From: Thermoproteota archaeon | GTDB lineage: Archaea > Korarchaeota > Korarchaeia > Korarchaeales > Korarchaeaceae | DNA: 64,000 nucleotides | Assembly: GCA_027491735.1 (NCBI GenBank) | Contig: JAOZGP010000004.1 | Span: forward strand, 30,396 to 94,395 | Direction: 5' to 3' | Shown: piece after piece, positions 1 through 8,980 of the stretch | Position numbering within the stretch: the stretch's first letter is position 1 | Layout of the letters: every line of letters begins with the position of its first letter | The notes under the pieces: model-generated | Seen by the model: only the letters and a program-made list of their open reading frames with translations | Databases searched by the model: none | What the model was told of the DNA's origin: nothing | Position numbers and translations under genes: made by a program

Positions 1-1287
1 TATCACGAGGTGAACGACCCAGTTTTGTCTCCCGAGATCGTCCAAGTAGGAGACTGCCCTAGCCTTTATGTACCACCTGTTCCTCTGAGAGCTGTAGTAG
101 AGGCAGAGGCTCACTTCTATCGATTTCCTGTTTCTTTTGCCGTTCTTCACAGTGAAAATTGCTGATGCCGATTTGTTGTTGTCGGATGTATCGAAGACCT
201 TCAGGAGGAGCTTGTACGTACCTGTTTTGTCGGCCCTTATTGAGAGCTCATCATTATACTGCTCTCCTTCGATCTTCTTACTCAATAGAAAGGATGTAGC
301 ACTGCCATTCACCAAAATGAGCTCAACTCTGCTCAGATTAACTGTCGAGCTGGCGCTGATTCGAACCAAGAAGTTTGTTCCCGGCGCACCGGATTCAGGA
401 GTCACCTGGACATCGGCTCTCATGAGGCTCGGAAGAACCTGGAGCTCGGCTGTTCTAGTGAAGGTTTTGCCGTAGGAATCAATCACCTCGAGCTTGAGAA
501 CGTAGTTTCCCACGTCCGGAGGGCTGAGAGCTTCAGAGAAAGAGAACTCCCTTGTGTGAAGATCTTCAAAGAGCGTCCGATTCAAAGGACTCATGCTCAG
601 CCTGACGGAGAGAAACTTATCGTTTGCGGCCAATCCTCTGACGCTCAACACCGAGATCTCGCCCAGATGTATCACTTCGGGATTGAGAGAGAGCTCGAGG
701 CTCACTGAAGTCGCAGCCACGATATCGTCCCTGCATGTAGTTGAGTTCACGCTGGAAAGACAGCTTCTGACCGTATAGTTCCCGACTCGATGGACGTTCA
801 TGTATTTGGACGTCGAGGCGTTTATGAAACCCTCCCCGAGCCAAAACCCTATGGCTGTTTGTTTGGGACCACCTGTAAGAAAGCTTCTGAGCTTCAGTTT
901 CGATCCACTACAGAGATCGAGTCCTATCGCCCTGTATCTCACCTCAAACCCCGACAAGCTCCTTAGATAGACGACTCTCGGAGAGACGTTCGTCTTCAGG
1001 ATCAGGCATGCGGATCTTCGAACGGAATCCTCCCTGATCACCAAGAAGGAGTCCCCACTTCTGAGCGTTATGGTGTGGCCTCTATAGAGCGCTAAGATTC
1101 CCGATCTGTTCACATCGCTCAGCACCAGATCCAAGTGTTGCGGGGAGTACTTCAGCGTCTTGACAACCCTAACGAACTCCGACTGGAGATCTTCGTACCC
1201 GCTTGGGTGAAAACGCCGAGCTTCGCTAATCCACAGCGTGGAGAAAATTAGAACGAGGGCGATCACCAACACATACAGAGCTCTCAT
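1..1287 (-). CDS. Secreted/surface protein with beta-rich (Ig/PKD-like) segments, truncated at window edge
   Basis: Not in ORF track. Manual translation from ATG at 1287: MRALYVLVIALVLIFSTLWISEARRFHP... (signal-peptide-like), open to position 1; segments such as GNYVLKLEVIDSYGKT and GTYKLLLKVFDTSDNK; many NxS/T sequons. Confidence 0.75.
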   Translation of the reverse strand, partial: MRALYVLVIALVLIFSTLWISEARRFHPSGYEDLQSEFVRVVKTLKYSPQHLDLVLSDVNRSGILALYRGHTITLRSGDSFLVIREDSVRRSACLILKTNVSPRVVYLRSLSGFEVRYRAIGLDLCSGSKLKLRSFLTGGPKQTAIGFWLGEGFINASTSKYMNVHRVGNYTVRSCLSSVNSTTCRDDIVAATSVSLELSLNPEVIHLGEISVLSVRGLAANDKFLSVRLSMSPLNRTLFEDLHTREFSFSEALSPPDVGNYVLKLEVIDSYGKTFTRTAELQVLPSLMRADVQVTPESGAPGTNFLVRISASSTVNLSRVELILVNGSATSFLLSKKIEGEQYNDELSIRADKTGTYKLLLKVFDTSDNNKSASAIFTVKNGKRNRKSIEVSLCLYYSSQRNRWYIKARAVSYLDDLGRQNWVVHLVI

Positions 1288-1333
1288 CAGAAGGATCAAG
1301 CTGGAAAAGATATTTCAAGGCCTGATATCCAAC

Positions 1334-1369
1334 AAGTTTTCAGAGAACTTTCGGTTCTCGGGAAAACTT
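1334..1369. promoter_or_regulatory. Interrupted inverted repeat in divergent promoter region
   Basis: AAGTTTTC-a-GAGAAC-tttcg-GTTCTC-gg-GAAAACTT, abutting TATA-like TTTTATT upstream of hisS. Confidence 0.35.
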
Positions 1370-1405
1370 TTATTTCTGACCCATCAGGGAAGAGAAGGTG
1401 ATTGT

Positions 1406-2701
1406 TTGGACGAAGCAAGGCTTCCAAGAGGTTTCAGGGACTTCCCTCCGGAGATCATGATACTCAGAAAGGAGGTCATGAACAGGATAGAGAACCTCTT
1501 TCAGAGGTATGGGTTTGACCCGATGGAAACCACATCAATAGAGCTCTGGGAGACTGTTAAGGGAAAACTGGGCCATGAAGCTGAGAACAAGCTCATGTTC
1601 GTCTTCCCGGACTTCTTCAGCAAGGAGTGGTTGGCCCTCAGGTACGATCTCACGATGTCGCTGGCCAGGTATGTCGCCACCCACCAGGACATCCCCCTTC
1701 CGTTCAAGAGGTATCAGATAGGAAGGGTGTGGAGGCATGAGGAGCCGCAGAGAGGGAGATACAGAGAGTTCTGGCAATGCGATGCTGACACAGTCGGATC
1801 AGGTCATCCAGAGGCTGATGCCGAGCTTATACTGTTGATAGCCGATGTCATGGACATGTTCGGTTTGCGGAGGTTCACTGTCAAGCTTAACGACAGAGGC
1901 CTGCTGGCAGCGATATTCGAGAGAGAGCTTGATGTGAGGAATCCCCTCCCTGTGTATCGGGCAATAGACAAGCTCGATAAGATAGGTTGGCAGGAAGTTA
2001 GAAGAGAGCTCGAGGCCCTAGGAATGAGCGAGAGCATGGTTGACAGGATAGGTGAGCTCATATCCTCCTCAGGAAGTGAGGATGTTCTGGACATCTTGCG
2101 GAGGAGGTTCGGCTCTGAGCAGATCGAGGAGGCTGCTGCGAGGCTTGAGGAGATATTATCCATCGTGAACGATGATAGGGTCAGAATAGACCTGAGCCTG
2201 GTCAGGGGCCTCGATTACTACACGGGTCCGATCTTCGAGCTTGCCATAGAGAGACCGAGGATCGGAAGCCTGGCGGGTGGGGGGAGGTACGACAAGCTCG
2301 TAGGTAAGTATGGTGGCAGGGACGTGCCTGCTACTGGTGTGAGCATAGGGGTTGAGAGGCTCATAGACGCCTGTCTTGAGCTGGGAATCCTTGAGCTAAG
2401 CAAGAGATCTCTGAGCGACGTCTACGTCGTATCTGTAGGAGAGAGCTCAAGACCTTATGCCTGGAGGGTGGCCTCTGTCCTGAGGAAAGGTGGTCTGAAC
2501 GTCTCCGTAGATCTCATGAGGAGAAGTCACTTGATGCAGAGGAAGCATGCCAAAAAGCTTGGTGTGAGGATTCTGGCATTCGTTGGGATCAAGGAAATGT
2601 CCTCAGAGAGCGTGTCGCTCTACGATACTGAGACCTCGGAGAGGATTGTGTGCTCCTTCAGTGAGGTTGTGGATGAGGTGAGGAAGATGGTGAGGAGGTG
2701 A
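1406..2701 (+). CDS. hisS: Histidyl-tRNA synthetase
   Basis: PRGFRDF, LRYDLT, WRHEEPQRGRYREFWQCD, RGLDYYTG, GGGRYD motifs; start moved to TTG 1406 after GGTGA SD. Confidence 0.97.
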   Translation: MDEARLPRGFRDFPPEIMILRKEVMNRIENLFQRYGFDPMETTSIELWETVKGKLGHEAENKLMFVFPDFFSKEWLALRYDLTMSLARYVATHQDIPLPFKRYQIGRVWRHEEPQRGRYREFWQCDADTVGSGHPEADAELILLIADVMDMFGLRRFTVKLNDRGLLAAIFERELDVRNPLPVYRAIDKLDKIGWQEVRRELEALGMSESMVDRIGELISSSGSEDVLDILRRRFGSEQIEEAAARLEEILSIVNDDRVRIDLSLVRGLDYYTGPIFELAIERPRIGSLAGGGRYDKLVGKYGGRDVPATGVSIGVERLIDACLELGILELSKRSLSDVYVVSVGESSRPYAWRVASVLRKGGLNVSVDLMRRSHLMQRKHAKKLGVRILAFVGIKEMSSESVSLYDTETSERIVCSFSEVVDEVRKMVRR

Positions 2702-3381
2702 TCGCCCTGAGAATAAAGATATCCGAGGATGTGAGACCTCTCGAAGTTTTTCTAGCATATGCCACGGCGTCCGGGGTCGTCGTTGATGGGAGAGGAGAGG
2801 ATATGGAGAGCTACATCAAGAAAACTGTCTTGAGCCTACAGGAGAGGTTCTCGCCTCTGAGGAGGGTAGGAGAGGATCCAACTGCGAGGGCCTTGAGAAA
2901 GTTCTACTGGAGGATCGGGATAGATCCCACCAAGATTAGGCCCAGCAGTGAGGCTCTGGTTAGGAGGATCGTTGGAAAGGGTGCCTTTCCTAGGATAAAC
3001 AACGTGGTCGATGCCATAAACCTTGCAAGCGCTGAAACACTGGTTCCCATAGGTCTCTACGACATCGACAAGGTCGAGGGCGATGTACAGATGAGAAGGG
3101 CTAGGGAGGGGGAGGTCTTCATTCCGATAGGAGGAAAGGAGATTTCTCTCGCTGGAGGAGAGCCTGTACTCGCTGATTCCCAGAAGATTATGTTCCTGTA
3201 TCCGTACAGGGACTCAGAGCTGACCAAGGTTGATGAGAGCACCAAAGAGGTGCTCATAGTTGGAGCAGGGGTTCCAGGCATTGAGAGACCTCTTGTTAGG
3301 AGGGCTGTTAACCTGTCCATTGAGCTCTTGGAGAGGTTTTGCTCTGGAAGACGAAACTCCGAGACTATAGAGGTTGGGTGA
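2698..3381 (+). CDS. Stand-alone B3/4 domain protein (PheRS beta-like tRNA editing domain)
   Basis: IGIDPTKIRPSSEALVRR, INNVVDAINLAS, PIGLYDIDK; GTGA overlap with hisS stop. Confidence 0.9.
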   Translation: MIALRIKISEDVRPLEVFLAYATASGVVVDGRGEDMESYIKKTVLSLQERFSPLRRVGEDPTARALRKFYWRIGIDPTKIRPSSEALVRRIVGKGAFPRINNVVDAINLASAETLVPIGLYDIDKVEGDVQMRRAREGEVFIPIGGKEISLAGGEPVLADSQKIMFLYPYRDSELTKVDESTKEVLIVGAGVPGIERPLVRRAVNLSIELLERFCSGRRNSETIEVG

Positions 3382-3628
3382 TCCTCTTCAGGGCCTCAAC
3401 TATATCCTCCAGACTCACTCCCACCAGGACACACCTCCTCAGCGAGCTCTTGACGATCTCCTCCACATCGGTCACCTTCTTCCCGATGAGCTCCCTCTCC
3501 AGCTTGTCTATAGATCCCTCAGGGAATGCAAAGAAGTCTCCAGAGATCTTAACTTTCTTTATCACTCCCCTCTCAGTCGAGCATGAGATAATGAGGGTCT
3601 TCTCCCTGCGGATGATGAGCTCCCTCAA
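3365..3628 (-). CDS. Lipoate-protein ligase C-terminal subunit (LplB-type)
   Basis: IKKVKISGDFFAFPE..IDKLERELIG motif; directly downstream of lplA N-terminal gene. Confidence 0.85.
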   Translation of the reverse strand: MRELIIRREKTLIISCSTERGVIKKVKISGDFFAFPEGSIDKLERELIGKKVTDVEEIVKSSLRRCVLVGVSLEDIVEALKRITQPL

Positions 3629-3636
3629 GGCCCCAT

Positions 3637-3676
3637 CTCACCTCACCTCATCTCACCTCACCTCATCTCATCTCAT
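3637..3676. repeat. Pentamer tandem repeat CTCA(C/T) x8
   Basis: ctcac ctcac ctcat ctcac ctcac ctcat ctcat ctcat; spans lplA stop and lplB SD. Confidence 0.85.
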
Positions 3677-4406
3677 TCCACTTCTCCGAGCCGTATTTCC
3701 TCTCGAGCTCTGAGGTAAGGTTTAGCTCGTCTTCTGTGGGATTTGATGGAACCAGCTCTTCACCTAGAGCCCTGGAGAATCCTTTTATAGCAGCGCTCAA
3801 TACCTCATCGAAGGACACCTCCCTTCCGAGCTGCTCGCTCACGGTCGTCACTCTCCCCCTCACCGAGCTCACACCTTTTTCCAATAACTTCTCTGTCGGA
3901 GGTGTTAGCAGCTCCTGCATGAGCTCAAGATCTGTGTTGTAGAGGATGGTTCCGTGCTGAAGTATGAACCCACGCCTCCTCGTCTGAGCACTTCCTGAGA
4001 TCTTTCTGCCGGAGACAATCACGTCATTTATGGGTACAAAGGAGGCCTCCAGACCAAGCTCCTCGAGAGTCAATACGACCCCAAGGCATATCCTCCTGAA
4101 GCTTTTCTCCACCTCCTCACCTGGGATTTCGGGAACAACGATTGAGTAGGTAAGCTCGCCCTTCTCGTCGTGTAGAACTGCTCCTCCTCCCGTTGGCCTT
4201 CTAACCACATCTATTCCTAAGGAGAGGGCTTTTCGCAGATTAACAGCTTTTTCAATGCTTTGAAAATATCCTATGGTGATGGCTGTCGGAGAGAACCTAT
4301 AGAACCTGATCGCTGGCTCCGATCTTCCCAATGAAATCAGCTCGAGAAGAGCCTCATCCAAAGCCATGTTGAACTTAGCATCTCCGCTGACAAGAAGCAA
4401 CCTCAT
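3663..4406 (-). CDS. lplA: Lipoate-protein ligase A, catalytic N-terminal subunit
   Basis: NMALDEALL, VRRPTGGGAVLHD, GRKISGSAQ, LQHGT. Confidence 0.93.
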   Translation of the reverse strand: MRLLLVSGDAKFNMALDEALLELISLGRSEPAIRFYRFSPTAITIGYFQSIEKAVNLRKALSLGIDVVRRPTGGGAVLHDEKGELTYSIVVPEIPGEEVEKSFRRICLGVVLTLEELGLEASFVPINDVIVSGRKISGSAQTRRRGFILQHGTILYNTDLELMQELLTPPTEKLLEKGVSSVRGRVTTVSEQLGREVSFDEVLSAAIKGFSRALGEELVPSNPTEDELNLTSELERKYGSEKWNEMR

Positions 4407-4457
4407 CAGCGAGACCTCTCCTGAAACCGTTTAAAGTTGTTGGGACCTCTTTTGTCG

Positions 4458-5609
4458 ATGGAGTTGAGCAGAGCGTATAAGGCGATAATCCTGCTCGGAA
4501 CCGTGAGCCTCTTCGCTGACATGACGTATGAGGGGGGCAGAAGCATAATACCTGGATTTTTGAGGTCTTTGGGCGCTTCCTACACGGATGTAGGACTCAT
4601 CGTGGGATCATCCGAGTTCCTTGGATATGCCACCAGGTTGCCCGCTGGATTGCTCGCGGATCTGACCGGAAGCTACTGGACGGCCACCCTGGTGGGATAT
4701 GTAATCAACATGCTTTCAGTACCTTTGCTAGCTGTAGTTCCCTCTCTCAGTTGGGCTGCAATCCTCATAATATCTGAGAGACTGGGAAAAGCCCTGAGAT
4801 CTCCGGCTAGAGACGTCATTCTCAGTGCAGCTACGGAGGAGATTGGAACAGGAAGGGCCTTTGGATTGCATGAGTTGATGGATCAGATAGGCGCTCTCTT
4901 AGGACCTGTCGTGGTGGCTTTAGCACTCCTCATTGGAAGATCGATCAGATGGGCCTTCTCGTTTCTACTCCTTCCAGCAACAGTTGCGATTCTCATGGTC
5001 TTGATGGCTTACCTTCTGCTGAAGGATCACGTGATGAAGCTGCCTCGAGGAAGAAGCTCCCTGGAGGGAATCAGGTCACTTCCCACAAAGTTTTGGATCT
5101 ACGTGGCCGCCGTTGCAGTAAGCACAGCAGGCTTTCTGCACTACGCCCTGATAGCCTACAGGATGCAGGAACTTGTTGATGAGTGGACGGTGGCCCTCAG
5201 CTTCGGGGCAGCCATGGGGATCGATGCCGTTGCGGCAGTCTCCCTCGGACTCATGTACGACAGATGTGGATTGTCGATCTTTCCCCTGGTGTTTGTGTTG
5301 AACACCGCTCCTGCTCTGCTGGCGATAACCAAAAGCCCCTACACGCTCGTGGCAGCTGTGTTGTGGTTTGGAGTTGGTATGGGAGCTCAGGAATCGATAT
5401 ATAGATCGGTGATAGCTGATCTATCGCCTTTAGAGCTGAGAGGAACTGCTTATGGCGTATTCAACCTGGCCTACGGTGTTGCTTGGGTTATCGGAGGTGG
5501 TTTAATGGGTCTTCTTTATGATATGGGAATGCCCGAGCTTGTCGCGGTCATGTCGGGAGCTCTGCAGACGATCGCCATTCTCCTCCTCAAACGGTCGACA
5601 GTAGAATGA
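4458..5609 (+). CDS. MFS transporter
   Basis: About 12 hydrophobic segments; ERLGKALRSPARD and GRAFGLHELMDQIGA motifs. Confidence 0.9.
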   Translation: MELSRAYKAIILLGTVSLFADMTYEGGRSIIPGFLRSLGASYTDVGLIVGSSEFLGYATRLPAGLLADLTGSYWTATLVGYVINMLSVPLLAVVPSLSWAAILIISERLGKALRSPARDVILSAATEEIGTGRAFGLHELMDQIGALLGPVVVALALLIGRSIRWAFSFLLLPATVAILMVLMAYLLLKDHVMKLPRGRSSLEGIRSLPTKFWIYVAAVAVSTAGFLHYALIAYRMQELVDEWTVALSFGAAMGIDAVAAVSLGLMYDRCGLSIFPLVFVLNTAPALLAITKSPYTLVAAVLWFGVGMGAQESIYRSVIADLSPLELRGTAYGVFNLAYGVAWVIGGGLMGLLYDMGMPELVAVMSGALQTIAILLLKRSTVE

Positions 5610-7253
5610 TACTGGACAGAGCTCGTTGCAGCTCCCACAGGAGGAGCATCTGGAGGGGTCTATTTTGGGAGGTCTTGATGGTATTATCGCATCACAGTAA
5701 TCTGAACAGAGTCCACATCCAGCGCAGAAGTTTGATCTGGCTATCAAGCCGAAGAGACCGGGAGGAACATTTCCGTCGAAGGAGACTCCATCCTCCTCCA
5801 CGATCAGAACTCCTGCATCATGAAGTATCCTGTTGCCCTCCACCCTTCCAATCGAAGGAGCTAGTCTGAGGACCTTGTCCTTGAGGAAAGGATCAGCTCT
5901 CACCTTCCCATCCCCGATCTCGACTCTCTGCCGATACCTCTCATAGGTAGAGGCTCCAAACAGATGTCTATATCTCCTCGGCGTGTTGACCCACCTCCAG
6001 AGTCCGTACTTCACCCATCCATCTCCGTACCCCATCTTATCCGCGTAGCTCCTGAGCCATGACTCCCACTTTCCCCAGAGATCGGGATGTAGCTCCTTTA
6101 TCCTCTCGTAATCGGCCAGCCTGGAAGCAGGGCAGAGGTAGCATCCGGTCCTCTCAAATCCATGGATGTAGAGTTCGTTTACTTTGAGCCTTCTCATCAT
6201 CACGTAAAGCCAGATGGCGAAAGCAGACCAGTCGTTTATCGGGGAAGCCGATGTGATCCCTGGCATCCACCTGTTCCTCCAGATCCATCCTCTTCTTCCC
6301 CTGCTAAAGGACTCATACCGTCTCTGACCGACGAGGGTCATCAAGGTGATTCCCTTGAGGACCTTGTAGGACGGTCCTAGCTTGATCACCTTGCAACACC
6401 ACCTGTAGTCCCTGGCCGGAGGACCGAAGTCCTCCAAGCACCTCCAGAACGAGTTCCCTGCATCGGCTACTACATCAGCGCCAATCTCGTCGACCAATCT
6501 CAGAGTCTCAGGCATCTCTATCCCGGTGTCGTTGAAGAAGACCAGGAAATCACGCTCGCTTCTCCTCGCTAGGTCCAGCAATGTGGTGCTGTCCTTTCCT
6601 CCTGAAAAGGAGACCACGATTTTTCCATATTTCCTGCCGAGCTTGTTTATCAGAAGGGCAGCTCTGGACGCCTTTATGATCATCTCCTCCTCGTTTGCTC
6701 TCAGCATCTTCGAGGTGCTGTGTCTGACGTCGATCGACCTGAACCCTTCCCTTCTGAACACACGTGTGATCACGTATCTGCCACCTACCTCCGCAGCCAT
6801 AGCCTCCAGATCATTCACTAGAACGTATTTTGAGGAGGGCTCGATGTCGAGCTCGACCCCCTTCTCGACGCAATCGCATCTCACCACGTCCATGCGGTGT
6901 TGAAGCCTCAGTGCTCCGACCTCCCTTGGTTTGAAGATCCATCTCAGGGAGAATATGTCGTAGAAGAGATAGCCGAGGATCGCTCCGTCGGCTATCACCT
7001 CATGGCATAGATCCATGTAGGGGGCCTTCCCAAAGAGGACGACCTCATCCCCATTTGGAAGAAGGTCCTCGTAGGATCCAATGCCGTAATCTCTTTCCAA
7101 GACCTCTCTGAGTAGTTTCAGGTCAGCCTCGAATGTTATCCTCGGATCGCTGGTCCTGGCCAGTGGTATCTTCAAGGGCTGACTCCCACAGATCCCGCAG
7201 GTCCTCCCCACAAGTGGGACGTTGCAGTTCGGACACCATCTGAGCAAGTTCAT
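5502..7253 (-). CDS. PAPS reductase-family (PP-loop) protein with N-terminal Zn ribbon and C-terminal 2x[4Fe-4S] domain
   Basis: CPNC..CGIC; SFSGGKDS; RWCCKVIK; RTGCYLCP; CAGCGLCSDYC and CSSCGSCNELC. Confidence 0.88.
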   Translation of the reverse strand: MNLLRWCPNCNVPLVGRTCGICGSQPLKIPLARTSDPRITFEADLKLLREVLERDYGIGSYEDLLPNGDEVVLFGKAPYMDLCHEVIADGAILGYLFYDIFSLRWIFKPREVGALRLQHRMDVVRCDCVEKGVELDIEPSSKYVLVNDLEAMAAEVGGRYVITRVFRREGFRSIDVRHSTSKMLRANEEEMIIKASRAALLINKLGRKYGKIVVSFSGGKDSTTLLDLARRSERDFLVFFNDTGIEMPETLRLVDEIGADVVADAGNSFWRCLEDFGPPARDYRWCCKVIKLGPSYKVLKGITLMTLVGQRRYESFSRGRRGWIWRNRWMPGITSASPINDWSAFAIWLYVMMRRLKVNELYIHGFERTGCYLCPASRLADYERIKELHPDLWGKWESWLRSYADKMGYGDGWVKYGLWRWVNTPRRYRHLFGASTYERYRQRVEIGDGKVRADPFLKDKVLRLAPSIGRVEGNRILHDAGVLIVEEDGVSFDGNVPPGLFGLIARSNFCAGCGLCSDYCDAIIPSRPPKIDPSRCSSCGSCNELCPVSFYCRPFEEENGDRLQSSRHDRDKLGHSHIIKKTH

Positions 7254-8950
7254 CAGCCCGTTGAGATCACAGGATCGATCACTTTGAGGCCGGTAACGTC
7301 TATAAGTCCTCTGCAGGTTACCCTGAGCTTCGGTATGACAGGTAGTGTTATGAAGGATAACACGGAGAAGGGATCCTCGAAGTTGGACTTTATGAATCTA
7401 GCTGCCCTCCTAAGCTCGGAGCTCCTTTCAGCAACAATTTCAGCTTTTTCAACGGACATTATTCCAAGCAAAGGGAGCTGAAGTTCTGCAAGCACTCTCC
7501 CACAGGAAACGACCGCCTGTCCTCCATGCAACTTCCTCACAACCTCGATGGCCTTCTCCATGTCCTGAAAGTTGTCTCCCACCACCACCAGGTTGTGGCT
7601 GTCGTGCGAGACTGTCGATGCCAGAGCACCGTTCCTTATTCCGAAACCTCTCACAAAGGCCTTTCCAACAGATCCCACGCCGCTGTGTCTCTCGATCACA
7701 CACACCTGAAGCACGTCCTTCTCTGGATCTGGGAGCACGATTCCTTTCCTCACCTTAAGTTCCTCCTCTCCGGATCCTGTGAGAAGAGATCCCTCATCTG
7801 CCTCTATAACTCTGACCCTGACCCTATCAGCGTCCGTTCTCACCCTCAGATCGAGCTTCTTGGGGATCCTCACGGTGTTCAACAGACTCTGCTCGTATTT
7901 CCTCCTAGGGATCTCTAGCACCCTGCCGCCTCTGACAACTAATCGACCACCTACGATCGTGTGAACCACCTTCACCTTCTCCAAGTTTTTGAGGACGACC
8001 ACGTCCGCCTTCTTGCCGGGAGCAAGACTTCCAAGATCATGGAGCCTGAACCTCTCAGCCACGTTTATAGTCGCCATCTGAATGGCCTGTATTGGATCGG
8101 CTCCCATCTCGATGGCCAGACGTATGTTGTGGTCCACGTGACCTTTCTCGAGAAGATCCTCAGCTGACCTGTCGTCACAGCAAAGAAGGCACCTCCTCGT
8201 GTCCATTCCTCTGCTAAGGACCACTGGAAGGATTTTTCTCATGTCCTGGGAGGCCGATCCCTCCCGAAGCATCACATACATTCCTAGCCTGAGTTTCTCC
8301 AAGACCTCATCAGGGCAGGTCGATTCATGATCCGACTGAGGACCCTTCAGCATGTACTTACAGAGGTCCTTTCCTGAGAGAAGAGGGGCGTGACCGTCAA
8401 CCACCCCCCAGATTCTCATGGCCATGTGGACCTTGCTCAGAAGCCTCCCATCTCCCCCTATCAGGCCATGATAGTTCATCACCTCAGCAAGTCCAACGAC
8501 CATCTCCTCGTCTCGGTAGCTCAGAATGTCCTCCTCATCAATTCTCGCACCAGATACGTCCAGTTCTTCGACAGCCGGAACGCAACTTGGGATCAGAACA
8601 AATATCCTCAGAGGAGAGGGAGTCCTGAGGAACAAATCCACACCTCTCTTTCCCGCCACGTTTGCTGACTCATGAGGATCTATGAAGACCGAGGTCGTTC
8701 CTCTTAGGAGGACAACCCTCGAGAACTCCTCAGGTGATAGCTTGCTGCTCTCTATGTGGATGTGAGCGTCCATGAAGCCAGGAGATATATACATCTCCGT
8801 TACATTGATCTCCTCGCCGGAAAGATCTTTGAGATCCCCTATACACACAATCCGCCCATCTTTTATGGCTACATCCGCTGTGAAGATGTCTCTGGCGTGG
8901 ACATCTATTACAAACCCATCCCTGAGTATCAGATCAACCCTGTCGGGCAC
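7253..8950 (-). CDS. ade: Adenine deaminase
   Basis: DAHIHIESS, DPHE, LAEVMN, DGHAP, SDHES, REGSA, HDSHN. Confidence 0.93.
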   Translation of the reverse strand: MPDRVDLILRDGFVIDVHARDIFTADVAIKDGRIVCIGDLKDLSGEEINVTEMYISPGFMDAHIHIESSKLSPEEFSRVVLLRGTTSVFIDPHESANVAGKRGVDLFLRTPSPLRIFVLIPSCVPAVEELDVSGARIDEEDILSYRDEEMVVGLAEVMNYHGLIGGDGRLLSKVHMAMRIWGVVDGHAPLLSGKDLCKYMLKGPQSDHESTCPDEVLEKLRLGMYVMLREGSASQDMRKILPVVLSRGMDTRRCLLCCDDRSAEDLLEKGHVDHNIRLAIEMGADPIQAIQMATINVAERFRLHDLGSLAPGKKADVVVLKNLEKVKVVHTIVGGRLVVRGGRVLEIPRRKYEQSLLNTVRIPKKLDLRVRTDADRVRVRVIEADEGSLLTGSGEEELKVRKGIVLPDPEKDVLQVCVIERHSGVGSVGKAFVRGFGIRNGALASTVSHDSHNLVVVGDNFQDMEKAIEVVRKLHGGQAVVSCGRVLAELQLPLLGIMSVEKAEIVAERSSELRRAARFIKSNFEDPFSVLSFITLPVIPKLRVTCRGLIDVTGLKVIDPVISTG

Positions 8951-8980
8951 GTGGAGAATGTCGATATCAAAAATAAAAAC

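Noticed and set aside
137-844. Short ORFs listed here, and the many antisense ORFs throughout the window
   Set aside because: Shadows of real genes on the other strand or frame, with Ser/Leu/Pro-rich antisense composition
1238-1405. N-terminal extension of hisS in ORF track
   Set aside because: Overlaps the divergent gene and promoter; homology and SD begin at TTG 1406
3637-3676. CRISPR array
   Set aside because: Simple pentamer repeat without spacers; no repeat-spacer array or cas gene seen in the window
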